NCBI GenBank assembly: GCA_024679065.1
Contig: JAGIQG010000009.1
Coordinates: 42,098,001-42,162,000 of the forward strand
Reading direction: 5' to 3'
DNA: 64,000 nt
DNA from: Sphyrna mokarran
Lineage: Eukaryota
Position numbers and translations under genes: made by a program. Shown here one piece after another: positions 38,611 through 51,574 of the stretch (the first letter of the stretch is position 1; the number at the start of each line of letters is the position of its first letter). Under the pieces are notes generated by a model, which was not told the origin of the DNA, made no database searches, and saw only the letters and a list, made by a program, of their open reading frames with translations.

Positions 38611-40680
38611 ATTACATTTTCCATACAGTAAATATATCAAGTAAGCTTTAATGCACATGAGACATGAGACTGCCCACACATCAAAAATAGCAAACTGTCT
38701 TTTGATATGCAGAACATTTGTTGCTAAAATCAGGCATTATGTTTTGAAACCTGAGGACTGATGCAAATATGTATAGATCTGTAAGTAAGGCCAGATATAA
38801 TACATGCTTTACTTTCTCCCTCTCACATCTGAGAATTTTGCTACACCCCCCAATTACTTAAAAGTGTTCACCAGCTGTCACCTCTACCCCTTCCCATTAA
38901 GTGACTTTTTCATCTTCTGTAGCTGCCCTCACGACTGAAAACTTGCTTAATTCCTACTTGATATGAGAACTGTATTTGGCCTCGACTCCATGTAAATATT
39001 TTGGTCTCCTTGTTCCCTTTCACACTTTGCAAGTTACTGGCCTCTATCCTAAACCTATCATGATTCCCACCACATTCCACAACCCTACCCCCACCCCTTT
39101 AATCTTCTCCCCAAATATCCACCGTAACCTGAAAGAAATAAACTCCATTAGCAAATGATGCTAGGTAGCAATTGTAAAGCTGCAATGAGCAATTAGTCAT
39201 GAAATGCATGCATTTAACTACCCACAGTGCCACCACCACCACCAACAGCTTAAATTACCATTCATTCACGCTGGCTGCATTTCCTGTTCCAACTCACCAG
39301 CTGGCTACTAACCAACCCTCCCTCCTCCACCCCACCCACCTGACCAAATCTCCCCTGGTTTTGTTCCGCCCTCAGGGGCTACCCCACCTCACATCACTTC
39401 CTCTTTTAGAACAGTCCCTCATGACTTAATTTCGCATCTAAGGCTATTTGCTCCACTGACTGGCTCTCCCATTCTTTAATCACTGCGGCCCAACTGATTT
39501 CAGCCCAGTTGCCATTGCTCCACACTGCTGTCATTATCTACAAGAGTTCAAAGGATGTTTTAATTTTCCAGGTTATGTAACGCAGAGCAGATAAACGATA
39601 TCCTTTTAGTCTGCTGGAAACCTTGCTTGATTTGACCATCTGTTCATCTGATATGCCAGCTGACTGTATAGACCTGGCCTTGATAAAAATATTTACTTGG
39701 TATGATAAAAAAAATGCCTTACACACATCTGGCTTGCTTGTATGTCTGGTAGATGGACAGAGATGTGCTTAAAAAAAACTGACAAGCAGAATGTTTTCGT
39801 GGAGGGCCAAGTACCCAGGTGTGTACGAGGAAATTGGAAGTGCTTTGCCCCTCCGTGCCACATGTAACATTTTGGAGCATTGAAGATGCACAATGATAGT
39901 GCTCAATGACATGCTAGCCCTGCAGCTGGCTGTTTTCGGTTCTCTGATTAAACATCTTCTGTTTTATTTTTCTGTCTTCGGTCCAGGTTTGTGAGCAGAC
40001 TCCCTAAGTCTCAAAAAATGAACTCCTTGTTCTCGGTAACATTGCTACGAGGATGCACCTGTCCTGGGAGAGGGGATAGATAGAAATGAAGAGTCATTTC
40101 CTATCTATTATTCCGTGCCTCCTAATACACAGCCATACAGCAGCAATGCGGGAAGGCTGCTTATTTAGTCACAGGAGGTTGTGCGCTTGCCAAAACCTGC
40201 AGTGAGAAACAGTGGGAGAAGCACTGCATTTTCATAATCCTAACAAAAACAACTCCTTATTATAAAAATCTATTTCTAGATATATCTATATATAAATGAA
40301 ACTTTCATTCAATGACCAAAATACTGGTTAGGAATTTTAGAAGTTACAAGATAATTTGCAACCTCTGTTTTTATGTGCAAGATCTTTACTGACACAAGGT
40401 GAATTTGCTATGTTTCTATCCCTTGCAAACATTAAACATTTTCACAGACACACAACATAAATTTCAGCATTCTTAAAAGCCTAAAACTGAGAAAGAAGTA
40501 AACTTACATTTTTTGATGTTTCATTGCTTACACTATCTAATGCAATTTGCAACCTCACTAACCAAGTTTAAAATAAACACACAAGTTTCCAATGATAGCT
40601 TGAGATGCAAAGTGCCATGAAGCTAGAAGGTTATATCTATGTATCTGTCAATCTACATATAAAATAAAAAGTGGCCTTAC

Positions 40681-40868
40681 ATTTAGGAACCCCACCTGTC
40701 CTGACTGCTGGCTGGTGTCAGGGCAGACCAGTTGAACAAACTCCTTCAGAGTTTCCTGACTAGGATGTGGATGATAGCGGATGGCCGTATGCGAGAAGTA
40801 AGGACCTGGCTGCTGGATGATGGGAGAAGTTGGAAAATGTAGAGTTGAGGCTGTTGCATGGGGACTCG
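40681..40868 (-). CDS. NFIA: NFIA coding exon (about exon 8), 188 nt: (A)[62 protein letters not shown]
   Basis: Manual translation of the minus strand matches the vertebrate NFIA segment [48 protein letters not shown]...QVGFLN. Acceptor is ttttcttacag (AG at 40870-40869) and donor is AAT|gtaagg (GT at 40680-40679). Phase 1 in, phase 0 out. Not present in the ORF track. Confidence 0.97.
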
Positions 40869-41948
40869 CTGTAAGAAAAAGAGAAAAGATACTGTAATTC
40901 TAGGTTGCAAAATGATTCATAATGTTTCAAAATGACAGAACATCGTATGAGAGATGAGAAATTATTACATTGCCTGTTACTTCACTTTGCATTCACAGAA
41001 TTTTTCACTGGGGAGTCTAGCTCCATAAAATATATAGATGCTGCTTTATAATATATAAGACATTTAAATTTAAATTACCATTGCCAACATTGCATAAAAC
41101 CTTTCATTTTGCACAGTTTATACAAACATAGATACTTTGTTCATATTTACTTCCCATTTTACTTTATTTCTTCAAAAAATCTTTGTTGTGAAAAGAAAAT
41201 TATTCTAGCCTTTTGGCCATATTATATGCCAGATGAGTTATCATGTTGTCTGTTCATCTCAGTGTTGTGCGGGTGAAGGTGAAAAATGTTCCACAAATAA
41301 ACAGTTAAATCTGATTGAGGAGCTTAGAGAATATGTAGAAGCTGTAAGTGCCACTTCAGAAGTGACATGACCTTCAATTACTGATATTGAACATTATTTC
41401 ACCTGACAGATAGAAGAACTATCAATTCAATCACATCTCGTTTCAATAGTGACATTTGATTGGCTAAAGAATATTCGCCTTAATCAACTGGGGACAGTTG
41501 AGCTTATCTTGCCAGATCCAAGCACTGTAGCATTACAATGCTACATGTTGTAATGTGGGATACAGCCATCCTTATGCTGCTACAATGGTCACAGCTTACA
41601 TGAGCAATCCAGAACATCAAAATTGACTTTTAAGAGCAACTCTTCTACATAGGAAATGGAAATTGAAATATACTTGCAGCTTGACTAAAGAGAACACAAG
41701 AACCCATTTTCTTCTGGAAATTAATGCTAAGAAACAGGTGAAGAGAATAAGGAAGCATAATTAGTTTTAAAGGAAACTTGGGACAGAATTTTGGAATATG
41801 GGTGAGCACCCCAACATCAGGTGCATTTTTGGATCCCAACATTTGACATGTGATGCAACTTTAAACCAGAAAGCAATTACTGGCCAGGGAGCGTGTTAGC
41901 CATCCAAATCAGTGATGCAGAGGCAGAGAGGAGGTAGATAGGATTTAA

Positions 41949-42256
41949 AGAATCATAGAACCCTTTCAGTGCAGAAGGAGGCCATTCAGCCCTGAGTCTG
42001 CACCAACAACAATCCCATCCAGGCTCTATCCCCGAAACCCCAGTTATTTACCCTGCTAGTCACTCTGACACCATGGGACAATTTAGCAGGACCAATCTAA
42101 CCCCACATCTTTGGAATATGAGAGGAAACTGGAGCACCCAGAAGAAACTCACAGGCACGAGGAGAAAATGCAAACACCACACAGTCAGTCAACCAAGGCC
42201 AAAATTGAATCTGGGCCTCTGGCCTGACAGGCAACAGTGCTAGCTACTGTGCCTCC
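41949..42256 (-). mobile_element. HE1/V-SINE (CR1-type tail)
   Basis: agaatcatagaaccctttcagtgcagaaggaggccatt...ggcaacagtgctagctactgtgcc. Confidence 0.88.
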
Positions 42257-43320
42257 AGTAACATTACTGAGGTGGCCAGTTTATGGCAATGATGGTAGAA
42301 CGGGATTAATATGCCCAGAGGAAAGACACATAAATGTCAGTACAGCACTCTAATTTAATGATTCCTCCCTTGAGTCAGTGATTGCAGAACATTTCTGGTG
42401 AGTGGCAGAAGATTTGCTGGAAATAGCAGAGGAAGTGAATGAATATAATGGTGTTGGGAAGGATGTAGGTTTAGCGCCACAAATACTTCAGAGAATTTCT
42501 GAAGGCTGGTAAGGTTGGTGTACCCAGACGTCAGTTCTCCATATCTACTGTTAGATGTTGAGCAGTCTGAGGGTGCATGGTTTCATGAACAGTCAATACA
42601 TGTGGGAAGAGCATCAGTGAGCTGTGGGTGAAGATCACCTCTCTACCCAAAGTGCAGGAGGCAATATTTGGCCAGTGAATCACATGCCTTGATGCAGTCG
42701 AATGCAGCAAAGGACTGCACACAGTTTCTAACATTAATCCTCTTAACCTTGCAGAAGAAGAGTACATAATGATAGAGAGATGGCTCAGTCATGCTGGTCA
42801 TACAGACATCAATGGAGGAGGTAGCCCTTGATCTGCCAGAGTTCCAGCACCTGATGGAGTTGTGATTGGCAAGTGTGTAGCCCGTTTAATGTTGAGTGAG
42901 AAGTTCTGAACATCTTCATCCTTTTTGTCTGGTTTTCTTCTTGACAAAGCAATGATTCTCATGACCTGCTTATCTCTACAGAAGCACATAGTGATGGAGG
43001 TAATTTGGCATAACCGACTTCTTCTATCTCCCATGAGCCTAATGTGAAGGAGCAAGCAATGTAGCCAAGAGCAACAGCATCATCATTATCTGATCCGGAT
43101 CAAAATTTCCTACCAGCAGACACGCTCACCTCATTGTAATCTCAAGCAATTGGAGAAAGAGTGGCACAGGGTAAGCACCATACCACATCAGAGGTAAAGA
43201 GAGCATGGACAGCTATGGGAGGTTCCTCTCAGAGGATGGAGGATAGCCATGCTAGCTAGACAGAGATACAGAGCATCAGTTGTCACACAAAAGGCATTTT
43301 TTTCCCTAAAGTAAAATGGG

Positions 43321-43906
43321 AGGCCCTATTTTACCGTTTTGATTCAAAGTGCTGGGCAGACTTGAAACTGGGAGTGTTTCAGATCTGACGTAAAGACCCA
43401 TTCTGAGGTGTCCCCATACACACACTGTCTGACAAAATATCAACAATTCCGAAACGCGCTGTAGAAGCCTGTGGGTGGGGCTTAACACACCCAAAATCCT
43501 GTAACTTCCATTGGCTCCTCCACTGCGCATACACAGCAAAAAAAGATAGAATGCTGCTGCTTTGCCACATTCCTCCCGTGTCGGATAAGGCCTCCCCGGC
43601 CCCTCAGACATTGCCCCAACCTCACAACGTTTTGCCCCAATTCTGGATGGGGGAAGACGGTGGTAAAGGGGGAAGTGCCATTAAGATTGGGCATGCAGCC
43701 AATTAAGTCAATTTAAATGCATGCAAATACATTTAAATAGTTGTCGCGCCCATTTCAGGCATGATCCCGATCGCGGCCATTTTCAGATCTTGGTAAAGGA
43801 GGAACCGGCATGAGGGTGGGCGTGAATCATGCTACTTGCCTCATGCCTGACTTTACCAGGTTTTTGCACTTGAAAACGGATGCAATGCGATGGTAAAATC
43901 GGGTTC
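43321..43906. mobile_element. About 585-bp MITE nested in the Harbinger fossil
   Basis: TIRs ggccctattttaccg / tggtaaaatcgggtt. Relatively CpG-rich, so probably younger. Internal palindrome atttaaatgcatgcaaatacatttaaat. Confidence 0.75.
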
Positions 43907-45051
43907 ATGGTATCCAAATGGCGGAACTCCATAAGACTGTCATGGAGCCATTGGCAAAAAAGAATAAGTCTGACCACTATGTGCATCACCATGTTGGATG
44001 AGTTCATCCACACAGAATGACCAACCTCTTAGACAGCCACATGTAGAATCACACTGAGTGGATGCATGAGAAGCACACGCTTTCCTATCACTGACTGTTC
44101 AACATTGTATGGACTGGAAGAAACGTGTACTACAGCTAGTCATCCATTCTGATGAAGAGTTGAGGAGGCTACCTCTCAAAAAGTTCCCTCGCACCGCCCT
44201 CTTGACCCTGAATAGGGGGCAGCAGTGCAGGAGTGCCAATCACTGAGATAAGTCTGTTAGCATTAGTATATTAATGGAAATGGCTTGAAGACCATGGCAA
44301 ACATTAGCTAATGAGCATGAAAAGACAACACTCTTAAGTGCTGCAGTGCTTGAGGGGGAGGGAATCACCCTGCAGAGGCATGCCAGATGTTTTTACCAGC
44401 TGCTGAAGCCAAGGGATGCCTGGTAAGATTATGCTGAGCCTCTTGGATTTGGGAGAAACAATGATGGGTAGCAGTTACTCACAAAAATGCAGGCCAGTGT
44501 TGTTGAAGCAGGGAATAGGCATTAGACTATGAGCTTTGAACAACAAAAAATTACCCCTCACATAGGGTGCACCCACAATGACACATGGACCTATTGCAGG
44601 CTAGTTGTGTGAGAGGTTGCCCCCATGATCACCACCTTTATCAGCATGCCCGCAAAGTGATTGTGGCACTGACCTTTTTTGTCTCTTCATCCTTCCAGCT
44701 GACCTCACTGGCAGCTGGCAATCAATTGTGGCTCAGCAGACGGATGGATGTACTATTTGAGAGAGCAACAGATTGAGCTCACTACCAGTAGAGCCATACT
44801 GGTGCAAAGGGTGGTGGGATTTGCTTCAACATTGGAGTCCTCCAGATGTAAAGATTATCAACTGCACCTATGTGGCCATTAAGACTCAGGGGCACACATA
44901 AACAGGAAGGGATTCCACAGTTTCAACATTCAACTGGTGGCAGACCACCACAAGTATTTCTTTTAGTCTGCAAATGCCACAATTCCTTCTTTCTTGGGGA
45001 TTTAATAAGTATCACTGCAGTTCGTGCTCCCGAAGGACCCACTTGGATGAC

Positions 45052-45235
45052 TTTTATTTACTTGCAGGATGTGGGTGTGTCTGGCTAGGCCAGCATTTAT
45101 TGTCCGCCCCAATAAGAAAGTGGTGAACTGCCTTCAAGATCCACTGCAGCTCATTTGGTATGGGTACACCCACAATGCTGTTAGGGAGAGAGTTTCAAGA
45201 CTTTGACCCTGTGACAGTGAATAGACACTGATAGG
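45052..45235 (-). mobile_element. LINE 3' tail nested in the Harbinger transposase
   Basis: tttatttacttgcaggatgtgggtgtgtctggctaggccagcatttattgtcc is the reverse of the 14040-14108 tail. Confidence 0.8.
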
Positions 45236-45609
45236 GATAAATGCTATCCATTGAAGAGGTGGCGAATAATTTTACAAAACCCTTTGAGAGAAGCACAGAG
45301 GCACTCCCACCATTGCCAATCTTAACCCAAGGGCCACCATGCAGCAAGCCATTAAACTGCTCAGGACTCCAGAGATGCTGTCAGGCCTGCTCAGATTTTC
45401 CAGCATTTTCTGTTTATATTTTTTAATGATGCTGACTATGGACTGAAAATATTTAAGAAAATGGGTTGATATCAAAAAATATCATCCTGGTTCTAATACA
45501 TTGGTCTATGTTTTTTTCATTTTTTTCCCCTTTGTTCACAGAGGCAGGAACCAGCAAACTGAGGTTAACACCAACAGCATTAGCAAACATTAAACCAAAA
45601 TACTCTTGC

Positions 45610-45735
45610 AGTTTAAGTAGTTTGAGTCATACATATGGACCGAGTGCTGGCAGGTGGAATTAGGTGGGAGTTCAGATGTTTCTAATGTTTCAGCGTAGAT
45701 TCGATGAGCCTTTTCTGCGCTGATGATTCCATGAT
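45610..45735 (+). mobile_element. CR1 3' UTR fragment
   Basis: atatggaccgagtgctggcaggtggaattag...ttttctgcgctgatgattccatga. Confidence 0.65.
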
Positions 45736-47104
45736 ATTATACAACGATGATGGCCTCTTGGGTTGGATTTAGTATTTCCAAGTCGAGTGTGTTCTTGACT
45801 TGGAAATACATCTTGACTTGGAAATGCTCTTGACTTGTCATCATTGAGTGACAATGATGACAAAATGTTCAGTGTGATAACACCAGCAACCCTACTCCAT
45901 CACACTCATCTCATAATATGGAAGGCACATGGGTTCTGAAATTGGCAACCCATATGCCATTTTGAAGTCATTAATTAACAAGCTATTAACAACCCACTGT
46001 CCTCAATTTTGCATTGCCTGCTGCATTTTTCATATCACTAAATAGTTTGGGAGTCTTTTAATGTCAGCTACAACGAGGTGGCTGAAGGCTGATGGAAAGG
46101 ACCTACCCCTGAAACTGTGTACTGGCAGATTCTACTAGAGGAAGTAGCAGCAGCCATATGATTTTTAACAACATTTTAAAAAACCTTTTTTGTGAGTTCA
46201 ATGAATAAGATTGATTTTAATAGCAGAGGTGCTTACAATTCTAGCATTTATTGCTGCGTAACCCCTCTTCCATATAACTTCCCAGCACTGTCCCTCAAAA
46301 CCTCCAAGTTACAGCAAACTGTGATTCATATTCCACGATGAATGGAACTACAACAAAAATTCAACACTATCATATTTTATGTCAACTCAAAGCCAAAAGA
46401 GCTGACTGTTTCATGGCATTGAAAAGCAGATATAAAAAACTGCTCCTCATAATAATTGGGTGGAAGGGAGTAAGGAAAAGGGTTTGTCTTCCCATATCTT
46501 CTTCCTGCTGGATGGCTACTAACTGGCCATCTGACCATCTCTCAGGTGCAGAGAGATGGCGGGGACAAGACTGAGCAGACCTCTCAAACTTGTCTCTCTG
46601 TCACTCCGCCAAGAAACCCAACTCTTTGTCACAACCTTTTTATTGACTGTCAGCTCTTGCACTAGCTGACCTGCTTTCACATTGCAACCCTATAGTGAAA
46701 TTAGAATAACCAGCAGCAAATATGAAAACAAAACTGTGTAGCCTCAAGGAAATAATGGCTTCACATTGCATTCCCAAATTTAATTTAAATGTACTGCTAC
46801 AAATTACATATATTGCAGCAATATTTCCCATCGTGTGACTTGACCAAATGACACGTAAATCATTTTAAACCACTATTCAATGTGAAAAATAAATTATATC
46901 AATGCTGCAACTATTTGTTTAAATTACTGTGTGGTACATTACAAAGCCAGATAGTTTATATATTTTTGTTGATTCATATGCCAGCATTCACACTGTTTTG
47001 GAAAACAGGCAGTTCTTTTATTTTTTAAATGTACAAAGTACACTCACCCCAAGACCAAAATATTTAATTGAATTAAATGTATTCTGTTGAAAATACCTCA
47101 GGGT

Positions 47105-47375
47105 ATTTTTGCGATGAGCAGTTGAGTCATAAAAGTAAGGAAGGTCTCACAGTTGATTTGGAGTCTGTGCTGAGTAGCTGATCTCAGCTGGGATGATGAT
47201 TTTTGGAAAGACATAACTGGCCTCAGCACGACTGGGTTAGGGAGTGTAAGGTTTCCCTGTGTCCCTGTCCATAATCTTTACCCAGTGAATCTGAAGTGAG
47301 GGCAGCTTTAGTCCACTCTGGGCAGCCTGTCAAAACTCACAGGCAATATTCATGAACAATGAGCACTTGATTATG
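47105..47375 (+). mobile_element. Old SINE-like repeat, family uncertain
   Basis: gtctgtgctgagtagctgatctcagctggg...ggcctcagcacgactgggttagggag resembles a recurrent shark interspersed repeat (recognition only). Confidence 0.4.
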
Positions 47376-48286
47376 AACTAAATGCTTCCCACTATTTGTA
47401 CTATTGTGCCCAAAAGATTTTCAGGAAAGAAAGGGAAAAGTGAAGAAATGATTGCAAACAGCCAAGATAGCAAAATTGCAGCCCTGTACTCCTCTAAAAC
47501 CACTAGAACACAAATAGGACAGATTATAGGCACATACACTGCCACAGCCTTGACAATAGGCCTGTGATCACTTGTAGTCCTGCAGCTCTTTATTCTGGCC
47601 TTCAAACGTCTGACTTGCACTTTACACTTGTATTTCTTCATGACAGTTCTGTTCTGTTAACTTTGAAGTCAGAGAAAACTTTTTTTTTGCTCACAGAATT
47701 GGAAGAAGGTAACTATCCTATCGCAAACCTCATGCAAAAGAGAATTCCACACAAATTATGATGCAAACATTTACACAACTTGCGGATTCAAGAGGGTGTG
47801 TCACACATTTATGAACCGATTGGACATGTTGGGTTTCGAGATATAAAACCCCTCTAATTAAAACTTCTAAGTTCTGAATTCTTCATTTCTAACACTAAGA
47901 TCCTCAATTGTGCTTGGCCTAACAAAGTATAAAGAACTAATATCAAGTAGAATCTGTTAAGCAAGATTTTACAGATACTTAACACAAAATAATGAAGGTG
48001 ACATGGAAGTCCTTTATCCCTCAAGTTCCTAGGAGTCCTTGACCATTGCCAGCTCAGGCAATGGCCTTCTCTCCTCTGCCTTTAAAGTGATGTCCAGAAG
48101 AGTTGTACTCCAGAAACCATAGTAACACTGTGCCAATAAAGATGCCAATTTTCCAACTTTCAGCCCCATTTCTCATCATTTCAGAACGCTTTGTTTGGAA
48201 ATACTCCAAATTCACTTCCATTAGCTCAAGCTGCGAATCATCTCGTGTTCCCTCACCTTTGTAACTCGTCACATGGGCGAAAGTTA

Positions 48287-48415
48287 ATGACCTGAACTTT
48301 TCCATCCCACCAGCCACAGGAATAGGAGTGGGTGAGGGGCAGAGCATGGAGAGGTCCATCAACCTTGGGCGGGATTTTATAGTTTTAGGGTGAGTGAGGT
48401 CGTAAAATACTGTCC
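48287..48415. mobile_element. About 130-bp MITE
   Basis: Homologous to 32304-32429 and 35576-35706 (..acc.tgggcgggatttt..). Confidence 0.6.
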
Positions 48416-49124
48416 AGTGTTTAACCCTTATCCCATGACCTCCAGAGTTTACAATCCATTGGGAACAAATAACATATTTCCTTTACATACAGAACAATTA
48501 CAACAAGCAAATGTAACCTGAATCCTGCAGATGTTAAAACCATTAAGAACAAATGTCAATATCATTTCTTACAATAATACCAAAACGAAAAAAATCTCCC
48601 TTTTAATTAATGTTCTACCCTTCAAATATAATTAATCAATTAAATCAATCAATAGATTCTGTTTAAAAATAAGGGGTGTGATGTCCCCACTCAAAAACTA
48701 ATGGGAAAACCAGAGATTTTCCTGGCCGTTTTTAGGGCAATCTTAGTAAAATTAATTTCTGTAACACAGAGGCCATTGGGAGTGGTGGTGATGGTGGTGG
48801 TGGGGAGGGCGTGGTTTGGCCCTGACTGACTCCTGACGTACAGCCTCTTAATAGCTGGCCCCAGTCTCTGACTGCCAGCCAGCCCCCTCAGCATCCGCCC
48901 CCCCCAACCCCTCCTTGCAGAGTTCCTCCCTCTCCTCCTACTAGTTCCTGGTCTGGCTGTGTCCCACATGACCTTGGCCCCATCAGGCCCCTCTGAGGCT
49001 CCACCCCATTGTGATATATTTAAATATCAACCAAAACATATTTTCCCAAAATCCATGTTTAAATCTCTCCATTAGTGGTTTGAAATGGCACAAATGACGT
49101 CTTTTTCCTGCATAGGGGTGCATA

Positions 49125-49375
49125 CTATTCCTCTTCTTCCTTCTCAGCTTTTCTACGGTGTCTAACATGGTTGATCACACCATTTGCCTCCAAAATCTCT
49201 ATTCTATATTCCAACTCAATGGATAATTCTCATTTGGTTCCATGTTTACCTTTCTAACCTAGACAGAGAGAAATGACTACTTTTCCCAGAGTTTATGGTA
49301 TCATAAACTATCTATTCTTAATGTTCTCCTTTCCCTGATCAACACGCTACCCCTTAGCAACATCATCTAAAGACA
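49125..49375 (+). mobile_element. L2 RT fragment
   Basis: Remnant ..NMVDHTICLQ....WFHVYLSN, equivalent to the L2 motif FDTVDH.ILL.RL...WF.SYLS.R. Confidence 0.65.
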
Positions 49376-49896
49376 TGGGGCTGGATTTTCATCATGAGGC
49401 AGGAAGCTGAAGTCCAGACTCAGCCACAGAAGAGTTCTCTGAAATATCTGCCCAGTTTTAGAAAAGGCTGTGAGGCCCTCAAGCCCTAACTCTCATACCC
49501 CACCACCCGCTCACCCCATGCCCTCTCAGGTCTCTTCCATAACCATTCACCAATATCCAGTATGCACTCACCTCAGGAGCCATCTAGAGATGAAAAAAAT
49601 GAACTCTGAATGATCTAACACAATTCCCTCACATACACATTTCAAATGGAATGTAAAGATAGAGAGGGAATACTTGCCCCACAGCTTAATGAATCATGCA
49701 GACCAGAGAAGTTCACTTTTTAATCTGTGATGCTCCTTGATCTTATCTGAAGCAGGAAATTTTGCACAATAATTAGTCTCAATATCTGTCTGCTGGAGTA
49801 GAACAACCACTGCTGTTGCTATCCAAAAACTAGTGCGCGTGTACCTGTGTACTTGCATTGGAAGGATCAGGCTGGGTTGCTATACACTCCATAGTT

Positions 49897-50250
49897 GCAT
49901 AGAAACATTAGGCCATTCAGCTCTTCAAGCCTGCTCCACCATTCATTTAGATCATCACTGACCCACAATTGCTTGATACCATTCACAACAAAATTTCCTG
50001 GTCCTAGTCTTAATTTTTTGAATTGATCCAAAATCCATGGCCTTTTTCAGCAAGTTCTAAATATTCATTGTGTGAAAGAAGTGATTACTAAAATAGCTCC
50101 ATTTTAATTCTATTCTGACTTTTTGCTGTAGATTACTCGCAGAGGAAATAGTTTTCTGCATATACTCTATTGAACATTTATATTTATTTCAAGGATTAGA
50201 TCACTCTTCAACCATCTAACTCAAGGGAGAACAAACCAAGTTTATGTCAG
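49897..50250 (-). mobile_element. CR1 3' fragment
   Basis: catagaaacattaggccattcagctcttcaagcctgctccaccattca. Confidence 0.68.
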
Positions 50251-51574
50251 GAGACATGATATTGGGTCAATGTATAAAACCTGCCTTCAGTGGTGAGGTA
50301 AAAGAGAGTAGTTTACATCTATGGATCAGTACTCCAGCGACAACATCCACAATAGACGAGGTAACAAAAACGTAGAAATGTGGAAAAGCAAGTTTTAAAA
50401 ATAGAATTTGAAATGAATCTTGAAGAACAGTTAAGTACAATAGGCTTTTTTTTCCCTATTGCTACATTACCACATGTGTAATATCTGACTCAGGGAAGAA
50501 TTAAGAACAAAGCATGACACTACTATTAGTTCAGATTCAAATCTCAGGAACACCATGAAGATAGAAATTTGAGTTCAGGTTCAGACTTCCTGGAAAAACA
50601 AAATCTGCTGTGCAAATGGTCTACAGGGAAAAAATCTGCTGCAGTCTGTCAGACGAATAGACCACATGAGACAACCATGAAAGTGGATACTGAGCGTGGG
50701 AAGCCCCAGACTACCAGAAAAATTAACAGATTAGATACAGAACTTCAGTAGTCCTCATGGCCACGCACCAAGATGGACAGATGAAATCTGTCAGCATGAA
50801 GTGTAAAACTGAAATAAAAACCTCCTTCCACACTCGACCTTTCCTAATCTACACTGACCATTTGTGAAACCCCAAGAAAAAGTAACAGAATACTTGCAAA
50901 AATGGAATGCCTACTACGAAAGGGGAACAACATTTCTTAACATGTATATTGGGACAAGATTTGAAATTTTCTTATTTAAATCCTAATCAATTTTGGATTG
51001 AACATTCCAGGGCAATATTCATGCCATTGGCCCCATGTGTGGCATTTGATCTGGCATGATAGGATAGAAAAGGGCATATCTGTAATGCCAGGCTTCTCCC
51101 CCTTATGTAACTGACCAGCCTTTTAGAATGCCATGGGTAAGATATAGTTATGCTTCAAGATGCACTGTGCACTTTCTAGCATTTCCCTTGCACAGAATCA
51201 CTTTATTCACTAAAAAACTGCAATAAACAACCCACTATTAACTTCTTCCAAAACCATCATCTATTATCAGATTTGAGAATACACTACCAACACTGAACAT
51301 CTTTAAACATGATGGTAAGGATACATTGCCAAAGCCACATTATTGATAAATGTTTCTGCTTATGTAGGGGAAGACAAGAGTCACAGACTGGAATTTTCCC
51401 ATCCCGCTCTGTGTTGGCAGGCACTCATTTCAGAGCCATTTGTTTGATATTTGTTTGAACCAAGGGGAGGAATACCATTGCTGGGCATTAGATTATTTCC
51501 CATTTCAGACTCCCAGGACAACTACTGTACAGTAAGAAGTAAGGTCATCAATTAAGATGTAAAGAATGGCCTTC

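Larger units (their letters stand above)
42300..45345 (+). mobile_element. PIF/Harbinger DNA transposon fossil (Myb/SANT-like gene remnant plus DDE transposase remnant)
   Basis: Transposase motifs KVIVALTFFVSSSFQ...DVLFERA (ORF 44585..44776), IINCTYVAIK, INRKGFHSFNIQLVADH and GDKCYPLKRW match Harbinger/HARBI1-type motifs IDCTHV, NRKG.HS.NVQ.V.D and GD.GYPL..W. Weaker FNDSSLE and EIAEEVN remnants at 42345-42440 suggest the Myb-like partner. Confidence 0.8.

Noticed and set aside
44585-45345. Domesticated HARBI1-like host gene
   Set aside because: Frameshifts, stops, a mutated catalytic Asp motif and a LINE insertion show it is a dead transposon.
45795-45840. Three short direct repeats (tcttgacttg) as a CRISPR-like array
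   Set aside because: Eukaryotic context, very short units and no unique spacers. It is a local tandem duplication.
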